NCBI GenBank assembly: GCA_035574055.1
Contig: DATLZJ010000477.1
Location: 1-28,393 of the forward strand
Reading direction: 5' to 3'
Length of the DNA stretch: 28,393 nt
From: Caldilineaceae bacterium
Lineage (GTDB): Bacteria; Chloroflexota; Anaerolineae; Caldilineales; Caldilineaceae
Below, one piece after another: positions 20,853-28,393 of the stretch (positions are counted from its first letter, which is position 1; each line of letters opens with the position of its first letter). The notes below the pieces were generated by a model. That model saw nothing but the letters and a program-made list of their open reading frames with translations, did not search any database and was not told the DNA's origin. Position numbers and translations under genes: made by a program.

Positions 20853-22157
20853 ATGCCCTATCAACAAGGAAATCGGTTGCAAGGGGAGTATGCTAGCCAT
20901 CTTGGACATCTTGAAGTCCTTAAGAGCGATCTCGTCAATCAACTTTGCCAGAGCTTTGAAAGTCGAGGAACCTCGGCAACTCCCTTTTCGGCCTCATGGG
21001 AATCAATATCCACTTCAGGGGTGCCGTTGAGCTTGGTATTTGGCGTTGATGGTTCAATGCAAGTTATTGAATCTGATGTGCCCCCATATAAAGCTCTGGC
21101 ATTTGTGAAAACGGCTCTATTAAGGCTCGATCAATACGCCTTAGCAAGGCTCGATAGCGAATACCCAAATCCATTTGCATTACGGGATATCTTGTCAGAT
21201 TCAGCTCTATATCACGCGACAGTTTTTCCCTTGCGAAATGTCACACTGTCCACGCTTAACAACTACGATGCAATTCGCCAGATCATTTTTGATTCAATTA
21301 GTGATAAATCTTTGGGTGGTGAAATCCTAGAAACTCTTAAGTGGATAGCTTACGAAAAATGGGATAGACAGCAAAAGCAACTCCCACTGTTCGAGTGTCC
21401 ACACTGCGAACAGGCAGTTGCTACATTGCCCTATGACGCTGAACAAGGAGACTGCAGAAAATGCGGTGGTCATCTGTTGCTTACGGACATGCTGGGATTC
21501 CACCAGATAATGAGTACAGACGCAGCTCCTAACAGTCTGGCCACCGACTATATGACAGTACATGAAACCTTGTTCGTGTTCACTGGAATCCGGCACTTCT
21601 GGGAGACAAACAAAAATATATTGAGGGACTCTCTATTTATAAAAGACGGGCCTCTTTCCATTCGCGCCCAATACTCCAAGCTAGTAGCACCAATTCGTCG
21701 ATTCCTAGAGTATGCCAGACGTAACGGATATGATATCCATATTCTTGGGCAGGAAAAGTCAGGTTTATTCGCGGAGCATCTTCACCTAATCCACCGGGAT
21801 GCTCCTAACATGAGTCTATTTCTACCAGGAGACAGCTATATAAAGGAACGCATCCAGAATCGACCAAATCGGGGTGCGCCATATGGAAAAGATACGAACT
21901 ACGGAGCCAAGGTCTTTGTAAAGTTGAGTGACTATCATCAACTGGTACTCAACATACCCACTGGCGACTTCAGTCCGAATCCAACTCTCGCAGATTTAAT
22001 TGGCGTTGAACGAATCTTTGCTACCTTACCTCATATACTGAGTAACAGATACGAAGGCGCGCTCCTACCAATTGAGTTGGCACACGGTATAGCCTCGCTC
22101 TCGACTTACCCATCGGCTCACATCTTGAAGGTCTTTGCCGAAAGTCATAGGAAATAA
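20853..22157 (+). CDS. nurA: NurA-like nuclease with a CxxC-x15-CxxC insertion, 434 aa
   Basis: NurA-type acidic motifs FGVDGS and FIKDGPL, GQEKSG (lgvvK-like) and the C-terminal PIELAH; directly downstream of a HerA-like gene. Confidence 0.78.
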   Translation: MPYQQGNRLQGEYASHLGHLEVLKSDLVNQLCQSFESRGTSATPFSASWESISTSGVPLSLVFGVDGSMQVIESDVPPYKALAFVKTALLRLDQYALARLDSEYPNPFALRDILSDSALYHATVFPLRNVTLSTLNNYDAIRQIIFDSISDKSLGGEILETLKWIAYEKWDRQQKQLPLFECPHCEQAVATLPYDAEQGDCRKCGGHLLLTDMLGFHQIMSTDAAPNSLATDYMTVHETLFVFTGIRHFWETNKNILRDSLFIKDGPLSIRAQYSKLVAPIRRFLEYARRNGYDIHILGQEKSGLFAEHLHLIHRDAPNMSLFLPGDSYIKERIQNRPNRGAPYGKDTNYGAKVFVKLSDYHQLVLNIPTGDFSPNPTLADLIGVERIFATLPHILSNRYEGALLPIELAHGIASLSTYPSAHILKVFAESHRK

Positions 22158-22248
22158 CAAATGTTCTGTGCATCCCTTTCATATTGGCTTAGGCTAGGCA
22201 CCCTGCTCACCTAGGTGATATTCATAACCTTCTCCACCTACACACGTT

Positions 22249-23031
22249 CTACTTCCCCAACAGGTCATCGCTGTGGATCGTCGGGCACCAGAATTTTTCG
22301 ATGTAGCTGACGACCAACTTCGTGCCTTCGTCGTGGGAGACGTAGGGGGCGCGGGCCGGGTTGTACATGGCGTCGGTCAGGTCGCGCACGAGGGCGATGT
22401 TGACGCCCCACTGCACCATCTGCTTGATGCCAAAGGAGCGGTTGAGGATGCACCGGTTGGTGTGCACGCCCATCAACACCACCTGGCGGATGCCCATCTG
22501 CTGGATGAAGTTGTAAATCTCCTGGCCGCTGTCGGAAATGCCGTCTCGGCTGTGGTCAATGTCTATCGCCGGGTGCTGCCGCGTCCAGACGCGCATCGCC
22601 TCGGTCTCGCCTGTGTCCGACCCCTCATCCGAATCGTCAATGGGCAGCGGCGGCGCAGGCCGGTCCGCCTCCGCCGGGGGCGAAATGTAGGGCGCGGCGC
22701 GCATCCGGCGGCGGGCGGGCGTCTCGGCGTAATAGCTCATGGTCTCCGAAGGCGCATGGATGATATAGACCCCCTGGGCGCGCGCTGCATGGAGCACCTC
22801 GTTCATGCGCGGGGCCATAGCATCCACCCGCTCGGCCGCGCCCCGGCTCCAATGGTTGTCCCACATGTCACACACCACCACCGCCACCTGGGCCGCAGGG
22901 ATGGTGCGCCGCACGATCTCCTCGCGCCAGAGGTTATGGCCGCCGGCGTCCTGGATCAAATAGGAGCGGCGAAAGTGAAACAACAACTGGCCGGCGTAGT
23001 CCACCCCACGGCTCTCCAACCCTTCGTCCAT
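22249..23031 (-). CDS. Isochorismatase-family cysteine hydrolase, 260 aa
   Basis: VVVCDMWD (catalytic Asp), IIHAPS, VLMGVHTNRC (Cys nucleophile region), RDLTDAMY; GGAGGAG SD. Confidence 0.85.
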   Translation of the reverse strand: MDEGLESRGVDYAGQLLFHFRRSYLIQDAGGHNLWREEIVRRTIPAAQVAVVVCDMWDNHWSRGAAERVDAMAPRMNEVLHAARAQGVYIIHAPSETMSYYAETPARRRMRAAPYISPPAEADRPAPPLPIDDSDEGSDTGETEAMRVWTRQHPAIDIDHSRDGISDSGQEIYNFIQQMGIRQVVLMGVHTNRCILNRSFGIKQMVQWGVNIALVRDLTDAMYNPARAPYVSHDEGTKLVVSYIEKFWCPTIHSDDLLGK

Positions 23032-23087
23032 CTCAACTCCTCCCTATATATCAACCGGCATCGGCAACAAGTCGTTGCATAGGGGCC

Positions 23088-23112
23088 GGGCGCCCATCAG
23101 AGGCGCCCCTAC
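23088..23112 (-). repeat. Isolated GTAG-type REP-like palindrome
   Basis: Minus strand GTAG-GGGCGCC-tctgatg-GGCGCCC; same architecture as the 1768-1881 cluster. Confidence 0.55.
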
Positions 23113-23165
23113 GAGGAACGCCAATGAACAGGTGAACCGTCCATTGGCAATGGAAACGGCAACCA

Positions 23166-23219
23166 AAAAGGCAGGTCAAAAGACAACGCGAGCAGGGCTG
23201 CTCGCGTTGTCTCACCTGC
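23166..23219 (-). terminator. Intrinsic terminator after thuA
   Basis: Perfect 15-bp inverted repeat AGACAACGCGAGCAG-gg-CTGCTCGCGTTGTCT (23181-23212), with T-runs following on the minus strand. Confidence 0.75.
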
Positions 23220-23241
23220 GCTTGACCCATCGCCAAGCAGC

Positions 23242-24003
23242 TCAGGCCAGCGCCTCGACCGGCGCCAGCGGCTCCAACGGTTCCTTAACGTTGATGGCCC
23301 GCCCGTTGGCATAGGCGAACTCGAAGCTGCGCACCGGCGCGGCCCAACGCACCGCATTGGCAATCACCTGGCGCACCTCGGCCTGGTAGAAGATCGGATA
23401 GGTCTCATGGCCTGGGCGGAAGTAGAAGACCTTGCCGTGGCCCCGATGCCAGCAGCAGCCGCTGCGGAAGACCTCGCCCCCCTTGAACCAACTGATAAAG
23501 ACCAGCTCATCCGGCGTGGGAATGTCAAAGAACTCGCCGTACATCTCCACCTGAGGGATGTCAATGTAGGGGCCAAGCCCGGCGGCGATGGGATGGCCGG
23601 GCGCGACCACCCAGATGCGCTCATTCTCGCCCGCCTCGCGCCAGCGCAGGCTGCACGAGGTGCCCATCAGCTTCTTAAAGATCTTCGAGTGGTGGCCCGA
23701 ATGGAGCACAATCAGACCCATGCCCTGCAAAACCCGCAGGTGGACCCGCTCGACGATCTCGTCCTCCACTTCCCGGTGGGCGCCATGGCCCCACCAGGTT
23801 AACACATCGGTCTGGGCCAGCACCTCCTCGGTCAGCCCATGCTCAGGCTCGTCCAGGGTAGCGGTGCGCACCTGGGTAAAGCCATGCTCGCGCAGCCCGT
23901 CGGCGATGACGTTGTGCATCCCCTCCGGGTAAATGCTGCGCACCTTTTCGTTGCGCTTCTCGTGCCGGTACTCATGCCAGACGGTGACACGAATGTCGCT
24001 CAT
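23242..24003 (-). CDS. thuA: ThuA-family (trehalose utilisation) protein, 253 aa
   Basis: [74 protein letters not shown]; AAGGAG SD before ATG 24003. Confidence 0.92.
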   Translation of the reverse strand: MSDIRVTVWHEYRHEKRNEKVRSIYPEGMHNVIADGLREHGFTQVRTATLDEPEHGLTEEVLAQTDVLTWWGHGAHREVEDEIVERVHLRVLQGMGLIVLHSGHHSKIFKKLMGTSCSLRWREAGENERIWVVAPGHPIAAGLGPYIDIPQVEMYGEFFDIPTPDELVFISWFKGGEVFRSGCCWHRGHGKVFYFRPGHETYPIFYQAEVRQVIANAVRWAAPVRSFEFAYANGRAINVKEPLEPLAPVEALA

Positions 24004-24153
24004 GTGAAGATGCTCCTTCAAGAGGATTGGACGGCGATGTTCATCAAGTCCCACTGTTGGGACCGCGTCCATTCATTGTACCACCATCGGCGCGCAATCT
24101 GCCTTTACACAACCTGCCTTTGGCGCTCACCCCTTGCAGCATCTGCTGCATGG

Positions 24154-25053
24154 TCACAGGATCACCAGCGCGATCCCCAACAGCGTGATCGCCGCGCCCA
24201 CCAGGCTGTTGAGGCTCGGCATCTCCCCCAGCAACAGCACGCCCAGCAGGATGCCGCCCGTGACCTCTTGGGTGGCGATCAGATTGGCATAGGTGGCAGG
24301 GGCGCGGCGCAAGGCCGCGTTGTAGAGCGTATGGCCCAACCCCAGCGGGAGCAGCCCCAAGGCCAAGACGCTGGCGACCGCGGGCAGGGTGTAGCCGCCG
24401 GGGCTGAAACGCCACAAAGCCAACGGCAGCAGCCAGAGACCGGCCAGCATATAGACTGTTCCGGCATAGGCAAAGAGGCCGTAGCGGTGGCGCTGGCTGC
24501 GGCCCGCCACGCTGTACAGCCCAAAACAAATCGCGCTGCCCAGCGCCAACAGGTCGCCCACCACCATGCGCCGGGTGAAGGCCGGCTCAAACCCGGCCAG
24601 CACGGCAATGCCGGCCACCGCCACCAACGTGCCCAACCACTTACGCCGGTCCAACCCCTCCTGCAAAAAGAACCAGGAGAAAAGGGCCACAAAGATCGGC
24701 GCGGTATAGGTGATGGCGAGACTGTGGGCGATGGAGGTGTAGGCGAGGGACGCGATGTAAAACCCAAAGTGGAGCGCGGCGACCAGCCCGTAACCGGCAA
24801 AGCGCAGCCAGTCCTGGCGGCCCGGCAACGGCTGGCGAGTCAGCCAAGCCAATGCCAGCACTGCCGCCCCTGCCGAGAGCATCCGCCCGGCGGTGATCTC
24901 CAAGGGACTCAAGCTCTCGGCAGCCCAGCGCACCAGGACAGGGCTGGTGCTGAAGGCCAGCACCGCCAGGCCGACGAGATAGAGACCCCGCCGCTCCTCG
25001 GCGGCGCGCACCGCAGCGCCGCCGGCCTGAATCCGCTCTCCTTGGGCGCTCAC
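24154..25053 (-). CDS. DMT/EamA-family transporter, about 299 aa
   Basis: Two EamA repeats (FSTSPVLVR...R; YTAPIFVAL...L.E; GDLLALGSA..F..Y; LGHTLYN.AL; GE.P) and about 10 TM segments. GTG start is uncertain. Confidence 0.92.
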   Translation of the reverse strand: MSAQGERIQAGGAAVRAAEERRGLYLVGLAVLAFSTSPVLVRWAAESLSPLEITAGRMLSAGAAVLALAWLTRQPLPGRQDWLRFAGYGLVAALHFGFYIASLAYTSIAHSLAITYTAPIFVALFSWFFLQEGLDRRKWLGTLVAVAGIAVLAGFEPAFTRRMVVGDLLALGSAICFGLYSVAGRSQRHRYGLFAYAGTVYMLAGLWLLPLALWRFSPGGYTLPAVASVLALGLLPLGLGHTLYNAALRRAPATYANLIATQEVTGGILLGVLLLGEMPSLNSLVGAAITLLGIALVIL

Positions 25054-25119
25054 AATATCATCAACCGGGACGGTATCGTCAACCGGGTAGGGCCTGTGGT
25101 GGACCGGCCTGGAACAGGG

Positions 25120-25236
25120 CTACAAGCCGGACGGGGTGATCGCCACGTAGATCAGGCTCAAGACCATGCTGAAAACAATCAGCAGGCTCAGGATATAGAA
25201 GATTTTCTCGTTGCGGGAATAGCGTCGTCTGCTCAT
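25120..25236 (-). CDS. Small single-pass membrane protein, 38 aa, absent from the ORF track
   Basis: MSRRRYSRNEKIFYILSLLIVFSMVLSLIYVAITPSGL*: basic N-terminus plus one TM helix, GC3-rich codons, and a TGcTATAAT promoter upstream. Confidence 0.65.
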   Translation of the reverse strand: MSRRRYSRNEKIFYILSLLIVFSMVLSLIYVAITPSGL

Positions 25237-25387
25237 GGCAAGTTGCTGTGCGCGTGGCAGTTCACGGCGTCACACGCGCCGCCGGTTCGCCCAGGCAACA
25301 AGCCTTGGGCTACAGGTCAAATCGTATGGCTGTTATGTTAATCGTACCCTCATCAGGCGTGTGCCCGTCAAAACAGACACAGATTCC

Positions 25388-25396
25388 ATTATAGCA
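25388..25396 (-). promoter_or_regulatory. Extended -10 promoter element for the small ORF / EamA genes
   Basis: Minus strand TGCTATAAT; no clear -35. Confidence 0.5.
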
Positions 25397-25523
25397 CACG
25401 CGCCGAGCCAGAAACCAAGCGACCGGCGCCCGTTGCCAGTTCCGTCTATCTTTTCCCCCGGCCTGCACTCACCGGATTGCAGAATGAGATGCAGAATCGG
25501 GTGCGGGGTGATACACTTGCCCT

Positions 25524-25925
25524 ATGACGCGTGGACAGACATTGGGCGCAGCCGGCAGCGCTGCCGCCGCAGGGGTTGCGCTCTTGGGCTTTCTGCTCTA
25601 TTCCGTGCCCCCCACGCTGCCCGATGGCGCGCCCAACCAGGCGGCCCTGCTCCTCTTTCTATTCGGGCTGCTCCTGCTGGTCTTTGGGTTCAGCGGATTG
25701 GTGGCGTTGGCGCTGCATGGCCGCTGGCCGGGGCTGGCCGGGGTGCAGGACCGCCGCAAGCGGCCCGACCCCGGCGTCGCCCTGCGCCAGGCGGGGTTAA
25801 TGGCCGCGGCGGTTGGGGTGATGGCCGTCCTCGCCTACCTGCGTATGATGGACATCACCATCGCCGTCGTGACCCTGGTCATCGCCGGGCTGGTGGAGGC
25901 GTTCCTGCAAAACCGGCGACGCTAA
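25524..25925 (+). CDS. Hypothetical four-helix membrane protein, 133 aa
   Basis: Four hydrophobic segments with basic loops; host-like codon usage. Confidence 0.75.
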   Translation: MTRGQTLGAAGSAAAAGVALLGFLLYSVPPTLPDGAPNQAALLLFLFGLLLLVFGFSGLVALALHGRWPGLAGVQDRRKRPDPGVALRQAGLMAAAVGVMAVLAYLRMMDITIAVVTLVIAGLVEAFLQNRRR

Positions 25926-25951
25926 ATCGTCGAATTACCCCGCGAATCCTC

Positions 25952-26551
25952 TCAGAAATCCCCCTCCCGCACATAAGGATAGCTCCACAGCGTGACCGTC
26001 AGGGTCACGGCCTTGAACCAGGCCTGGTGCATCCGCTCCACCTCCTCGGCGCTGTGCCCCTTCTTCGCCAAGAACTCCTTGATGGTGGCGCTGATCGGCA
26101 CGATGAAGGCGATCAGGTAGCGCAGGGGGATGATCGGCGTTGACTGGACCCCATCGGTCACGTTCTTCTTGGTGCGGTGGTGGCGCAGCGCGATCTCCTG
26201 CTGGTAATTCAGCCAGTCCCGGTCATAAGGGCGGCGGCAGGTGTCACGGATCCACTGGCCGAAGCGGCCGCGCACCTGCGCCAGGTATTTGTCAATGGGC
26301 TGCCCATTGCGGTCGCTGAAATAGACGAGCAGATGGGGATGCGAGCCGACAAACCCATACCACAGGTCCAAAATGGCATCCACCTGGTCATCCAGCACCT
26401 CGCCGGCCAGCCGTAGGTAACGCTCATCCTCACTGGTCCAAAGCAGGGTTTGCTTGAGCTGTTCAAACTCTTCATCGCTCAACGGCGAGCGAGGCAAGTC
26501 GGGAGCGCCGTAGCGATAGCCGGCGAGTTGAGAAGTCATGGTCGTTGACAT
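25952..26551 (-). CDS. Protoglobin (single-domain sensor globin), 199 aa
   Basis: GYxYG N-terminal loop, ILDLWYG (Trp B9/Tyr B10), RFGQW (Phe E11), LRHHRTKKNxTD (proximal His F8), IPLRYLIAF and AWFKAV, as in archaeal protoglobins; GGAGG SD. Confidence 0.95.
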   Translation of the reverse strand: MSTTMTSQLAGYRYGAPDLPRSPLSDEEFEQLKQTLLWTSEDERYLRLAGEVLDDQVDAILDLWYGFVGSHPHLLVYFSDRNGQPIDKYLAQVRGRFGQWIRDTCRRPYDRDWLNYQQEIALRHHRTKKNVTDGVQSTPIIPLRYLIAFIVPISATIKEFLAKKGHSAEEVERMHQAWFKAVTLTVTLWSYPYVREGDF

Positions 26552-26614
26552 ACCTGTTCCTCCTGTTGCGGGTAGGTTGGCGTTTCCGGGAGTTGCCGGT
26601 TGGGCAAGACCTCG

Positions 26615-26680
26615 TGTATAAAGTAGAGCAATTCGCGTGATAAGTACAATAGATTGTTCTTAGTAACTTCATAAGTCAAT
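26615..26680. promoter_or_regulatory. Divergent control region: LysR-type operator and protoglobin promoter
   Basis: Inverted repeat TAAGTACAAT-ag-ATTGTTCTTA (26641-26662, 9/10 paired); ATAAGT(A)CAAT repeated at 26640 and 26671; minus-strand TTATCA-N17-TATACA (26643-26615). Confidence 0.6.
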
Positions 26681-26697
26681 CGAATCGTGGGGCGCCC

Positions 26698-27702
26698 ATG
26701 GAGCTACGCCAGCTACAATATATGCTCGCCGTCGCCGAGGAAGGGCACTTCACCCGCGCCGCGGAGAAGACCTTTGTCTCACAGCCGGCCCTGTCTCAAC
26801 AGATCCAGAAACTGGAGGAAGAGCTAGGGGTCGCGCTCTTTGACCGCCGCCGCGGCCACATCCGGCTCACCGTCGCCGGCGAAATCCTCTGCCGCCATGC
26901 GCGGCGCATTTTGCAGGAGGTGGACGACGCGCGGCTTGCCCTCCAGGAGCTAGAGGGGTTAAAGCGTGGCTCGCTGCGCGTGGGCGTGGTGCAGACGGTC
27001 AACGCCTATCTGATCCCGCAGGTCGTCGTCGCCTTTACCCAGGCGCACCCGGCGATCCGGCTGCATATCGAGGAGCGCCCGGCCGGGGAGATCGAGCGGG
27101 GGCTGGAGCAAGGGGAGCTACAGCTTGGTATCGGCTTTGTGCCGCCCGATTCAACGGCCATCATCGCCGAACCACTCTTTACCGAGGAGATGCTGCTGGT
27201 CCTTCCCGCAATGCACCCCCGCGCGCGTCGCCGGCAGGCGGAGTTTCGCGAGCTGGCTACGCTGCCGATGGTCCACTTTTCGCGCGCCTTCTGCACGCGC
27301 CGCCTGCTGGAGGAATATGCCGCCGGGGTGGGGATCGACCTGCACATCGCGGTCGAGATGAACACGGTGGCCGGGATTTTGGCGACAGTCGCCGAGGCCA
27401 GTCTGGCGACGGTGCTGCCGCAGTTGGCGCTGGACGGGCAACGCCAGCCGGAGCTGGTGGGCCTGCCGCTCGTCAACCCCACACCCCAACGGACGGTGGG
27501 CCTCCTATGGCATCAGGATGCCTACCGCTGCGCCGCGGCCCGCGCCTTTGCCGAGGCAGTCAAGCAGCGGGTGGACGCCACCTTACCTGCTCATGGAGCA
27601 TCTGCCGCCGCCACTTCCAGCGGTCCCAGCAGCAGCCGGTCGGCTCCCTCCGCCCCCTCCGCGGTGAGCAGCGCCAGGCGGTCGAAGTCGGGCCGGGTAT
27701 AG
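26698..27702 (+). CDS. LysR-family transcriptional regulator, CynR-like, 334 aa including a low-complexity tail
   Basis: HTH FTRAAEKTFVSQPALSQQIQKLEEELGVALFDR, GSLRVGV, LLVLPA.HP, F.TR..L, E.NTV..IL..V: the E. coli CynR-like pattern. Confidence 0.93.
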   Translation: MELRQLQYMLAVAEEGHFTRAAEKTFVSQPALSQQIQKLEEELGVALFDRRRGHIRLTVAGEILCRHARRILQEVDDARLALQELEGLKRGSLRVGVVQTVNAYLIPQVVVAFTQAHPAIRLHIEERPAGEIERGLEQGELQLGIGFVPPDSTAIIAEPLFTEEMLLVLPAMHPRARRRQAEFRELATLPMVHFSRAFCTRRLLEEYAAGVGIDLHIAVEMNTVAGILATVAEASLATVLPQLALDGQRQPELVGLPLVNPTPQRTVGLLWHQDAYRCAAARAFAEAVKQRVDATLPAHGASAAATSSGPSSSRSAPSAPSAVSSARRSKSGRV

Positions 27703-28393
27703 AGGCCCAGCTCGATCTGATAAAGGCCGGGCGGCGTCTCCGGCGGCAGGGCAAAGGCGTGCCGGTCCTCGACAATCTGTCCTGCCGCCCAGGCCATTGT
27801 CGGCGGGTCAGGCTGGCCGTCATGGCCGCCGAGCATCTGATAGCCCTCATCCAGCAGGTGGACAAAGGTCGTATAATCGGCGGCCACCGGTCCCCGCGCC
27901 TGCCAGTAGAGCGTCACCTCTAGGGTGTCGCCAGGCTGCAAGCGCCGGCGGTTGAACGCATACCCGGCCAGCGTCACATTGTCCGCAAAGGCAACATAGA
28001 CAGGGTTGGGCGTTGCGCCCGGCGGCGTCTGGAGGGCGACCGCGCCAAAGCGCAGCGCGTTGTCCAGCACCGTCGCCTCCCCCCGGACCAAGCGCAGGGG
28101 CAGCCGCGGCTGATCGGGCGCATAGGCGTCATACAGCCCCACCGCCCAGTGGCCGGCGGTAGGGGTGTAGGCCGTCGGCGGCAGGGTGACCTGAAGCTGC
28201 TCGACCCGCCGCTCGCCGGCGCGCCATTGGCTGGTGGGGGCCAACCCGCCGCAGGGCATGGTATCCACCTGCGCCGCGGTCAACCCATCGGCGTCAATCA
28301 GATGCACAAAGATCGAGTAGTCTTGGGCCACCGGCGCGCGCGCCTCCAGCGCCAGGGTGATGGTGGCCGTTGCGCCCGGCGTCAGCTCGGCCG
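27591..28393 (-). CDS. 3' part of a large extracytoplasmic/membrane protein (C-terminal Ig-like repeats typical of Chloroflexota ArnT/PMT-type glycosyltransferase-like proteins); runs off the window edge
   Basis: Frame is open to position 28393. Two repeats of DY.xFVHLxD...D..P....W..G..v......l.lP......G.y...GLY are present. Confidence 0.75.
   Translation of the reverse strand, partial: AELTPGATATITLALEARAPVAQDYSIFVHLIDADGLTAAQVDTMPCGGLAPTSQWRAGERRVEQLQVTLPPTAYTPTAGHWAVGLYDAYAPDQPRLPLRLVRGEATVLDNALRFGAVALQTPPGATPNPVYVAFADNVTLAGYAFNRRRLQPGDTLEVTLYWQARGPVAADYTTFVHLLDEGYQMLGGHDGQPDPPTMAWAAGQIVEDRHAFALPPETPPGLYQIELGLYTRPDFDRLALLTAEGAEGADRLLLGPLEVAAADAP

Larger units (their letters stand above)
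17760..22248. other. AT-richer, probably horizontally acquired island carrying three co-oriented DNA-processing genes
   Basis: Hand GC counts: 28/60 (18061-18120), 21/60 (18721-18780) and 19/60 (20401-20460), versus 44/60 (15001-15060) and 42/60 (22681-22740) in the flanks. Boundaries are approximate. Confidence 0.8.

Noticed and set aside
22207-22218. Perfect 12-bp palindrome TCACCTAGGTGA at the right island boundary
   Set aside because: Single occurrence with no counterpart at the left boundary; insufficient to call an att or operator site.
22249-24003. thuA and the isochorismatase gene as one operon (the two domain types are fused in some other bacteria, from memory)
   Set aside because: A strong terminator (23181-23212) and a REP-like element separate them, and this ThuA is the classical stand-alone type.
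25051-25236. The 38-aa ORF is in frame with the EamA gene across a single TAG, suggesting readthrough or pyrrolysine fusion
   Set aside because: One-in-three chance of sharing a frame; the linker is not protein-like beyond a short DNA repeat, and no pyl genes or readthrough signal are visible.
23839-25341. 500-aa plus-strand ORF opposite the EamA gene
   Set aside because: Shadow ORF of a hydrophobic GC-rich gene.

Overview
GC-rich bacterial chromosomal segment, most likely Chloroflexota (Caldilineae/Anaerolineae-like). This is inferred from the four-S1-domain RpsA, the atpB style and the C-terminal repeat domains of the last gene. The left half (1-13.4 kb) is core genome: an ABC-2 permease, a small membrane protein, a three-unit GTAG-REP cluster, a complete F0F1 ATP synthase operon (atpZ/I-like, B, E, F, H, A, G, D, C), a stand-alone mreB-like gene, ridA and rpsA. 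After the rpsA terminator there is an accessory patch (13.6-22.2 kb). It holds an effector-less STAND ATPase-TPR protein, the 3' remnant of an SBP56/methanethiol-oxidase-family gene that the ORF track misses, and that gene's frameshifted partner membrane protein. It ends in a sharply AT-richer, tightly packed three-gene cassette: Dam-family N6-adenine methyltransferase, HerA-like ATPase and NurA-like nuclease with a Zn-ribbon insert. This cassette is the best candidate for a little-described restriction-modification-like defence system. The right part has an isochorismatase-family hydrolase, ThuA, an EamA transporter, an unannotated 38-aa membrane peptide, a membrane protein, a protoglobin divergent from a CynR-like LysR regulator, and the 3' end of a large surface/membrane protein. 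I found no rRNA, tRNA, CRISPR array, integrase or transposase. All family assignments come from motif recognition, not database searches.
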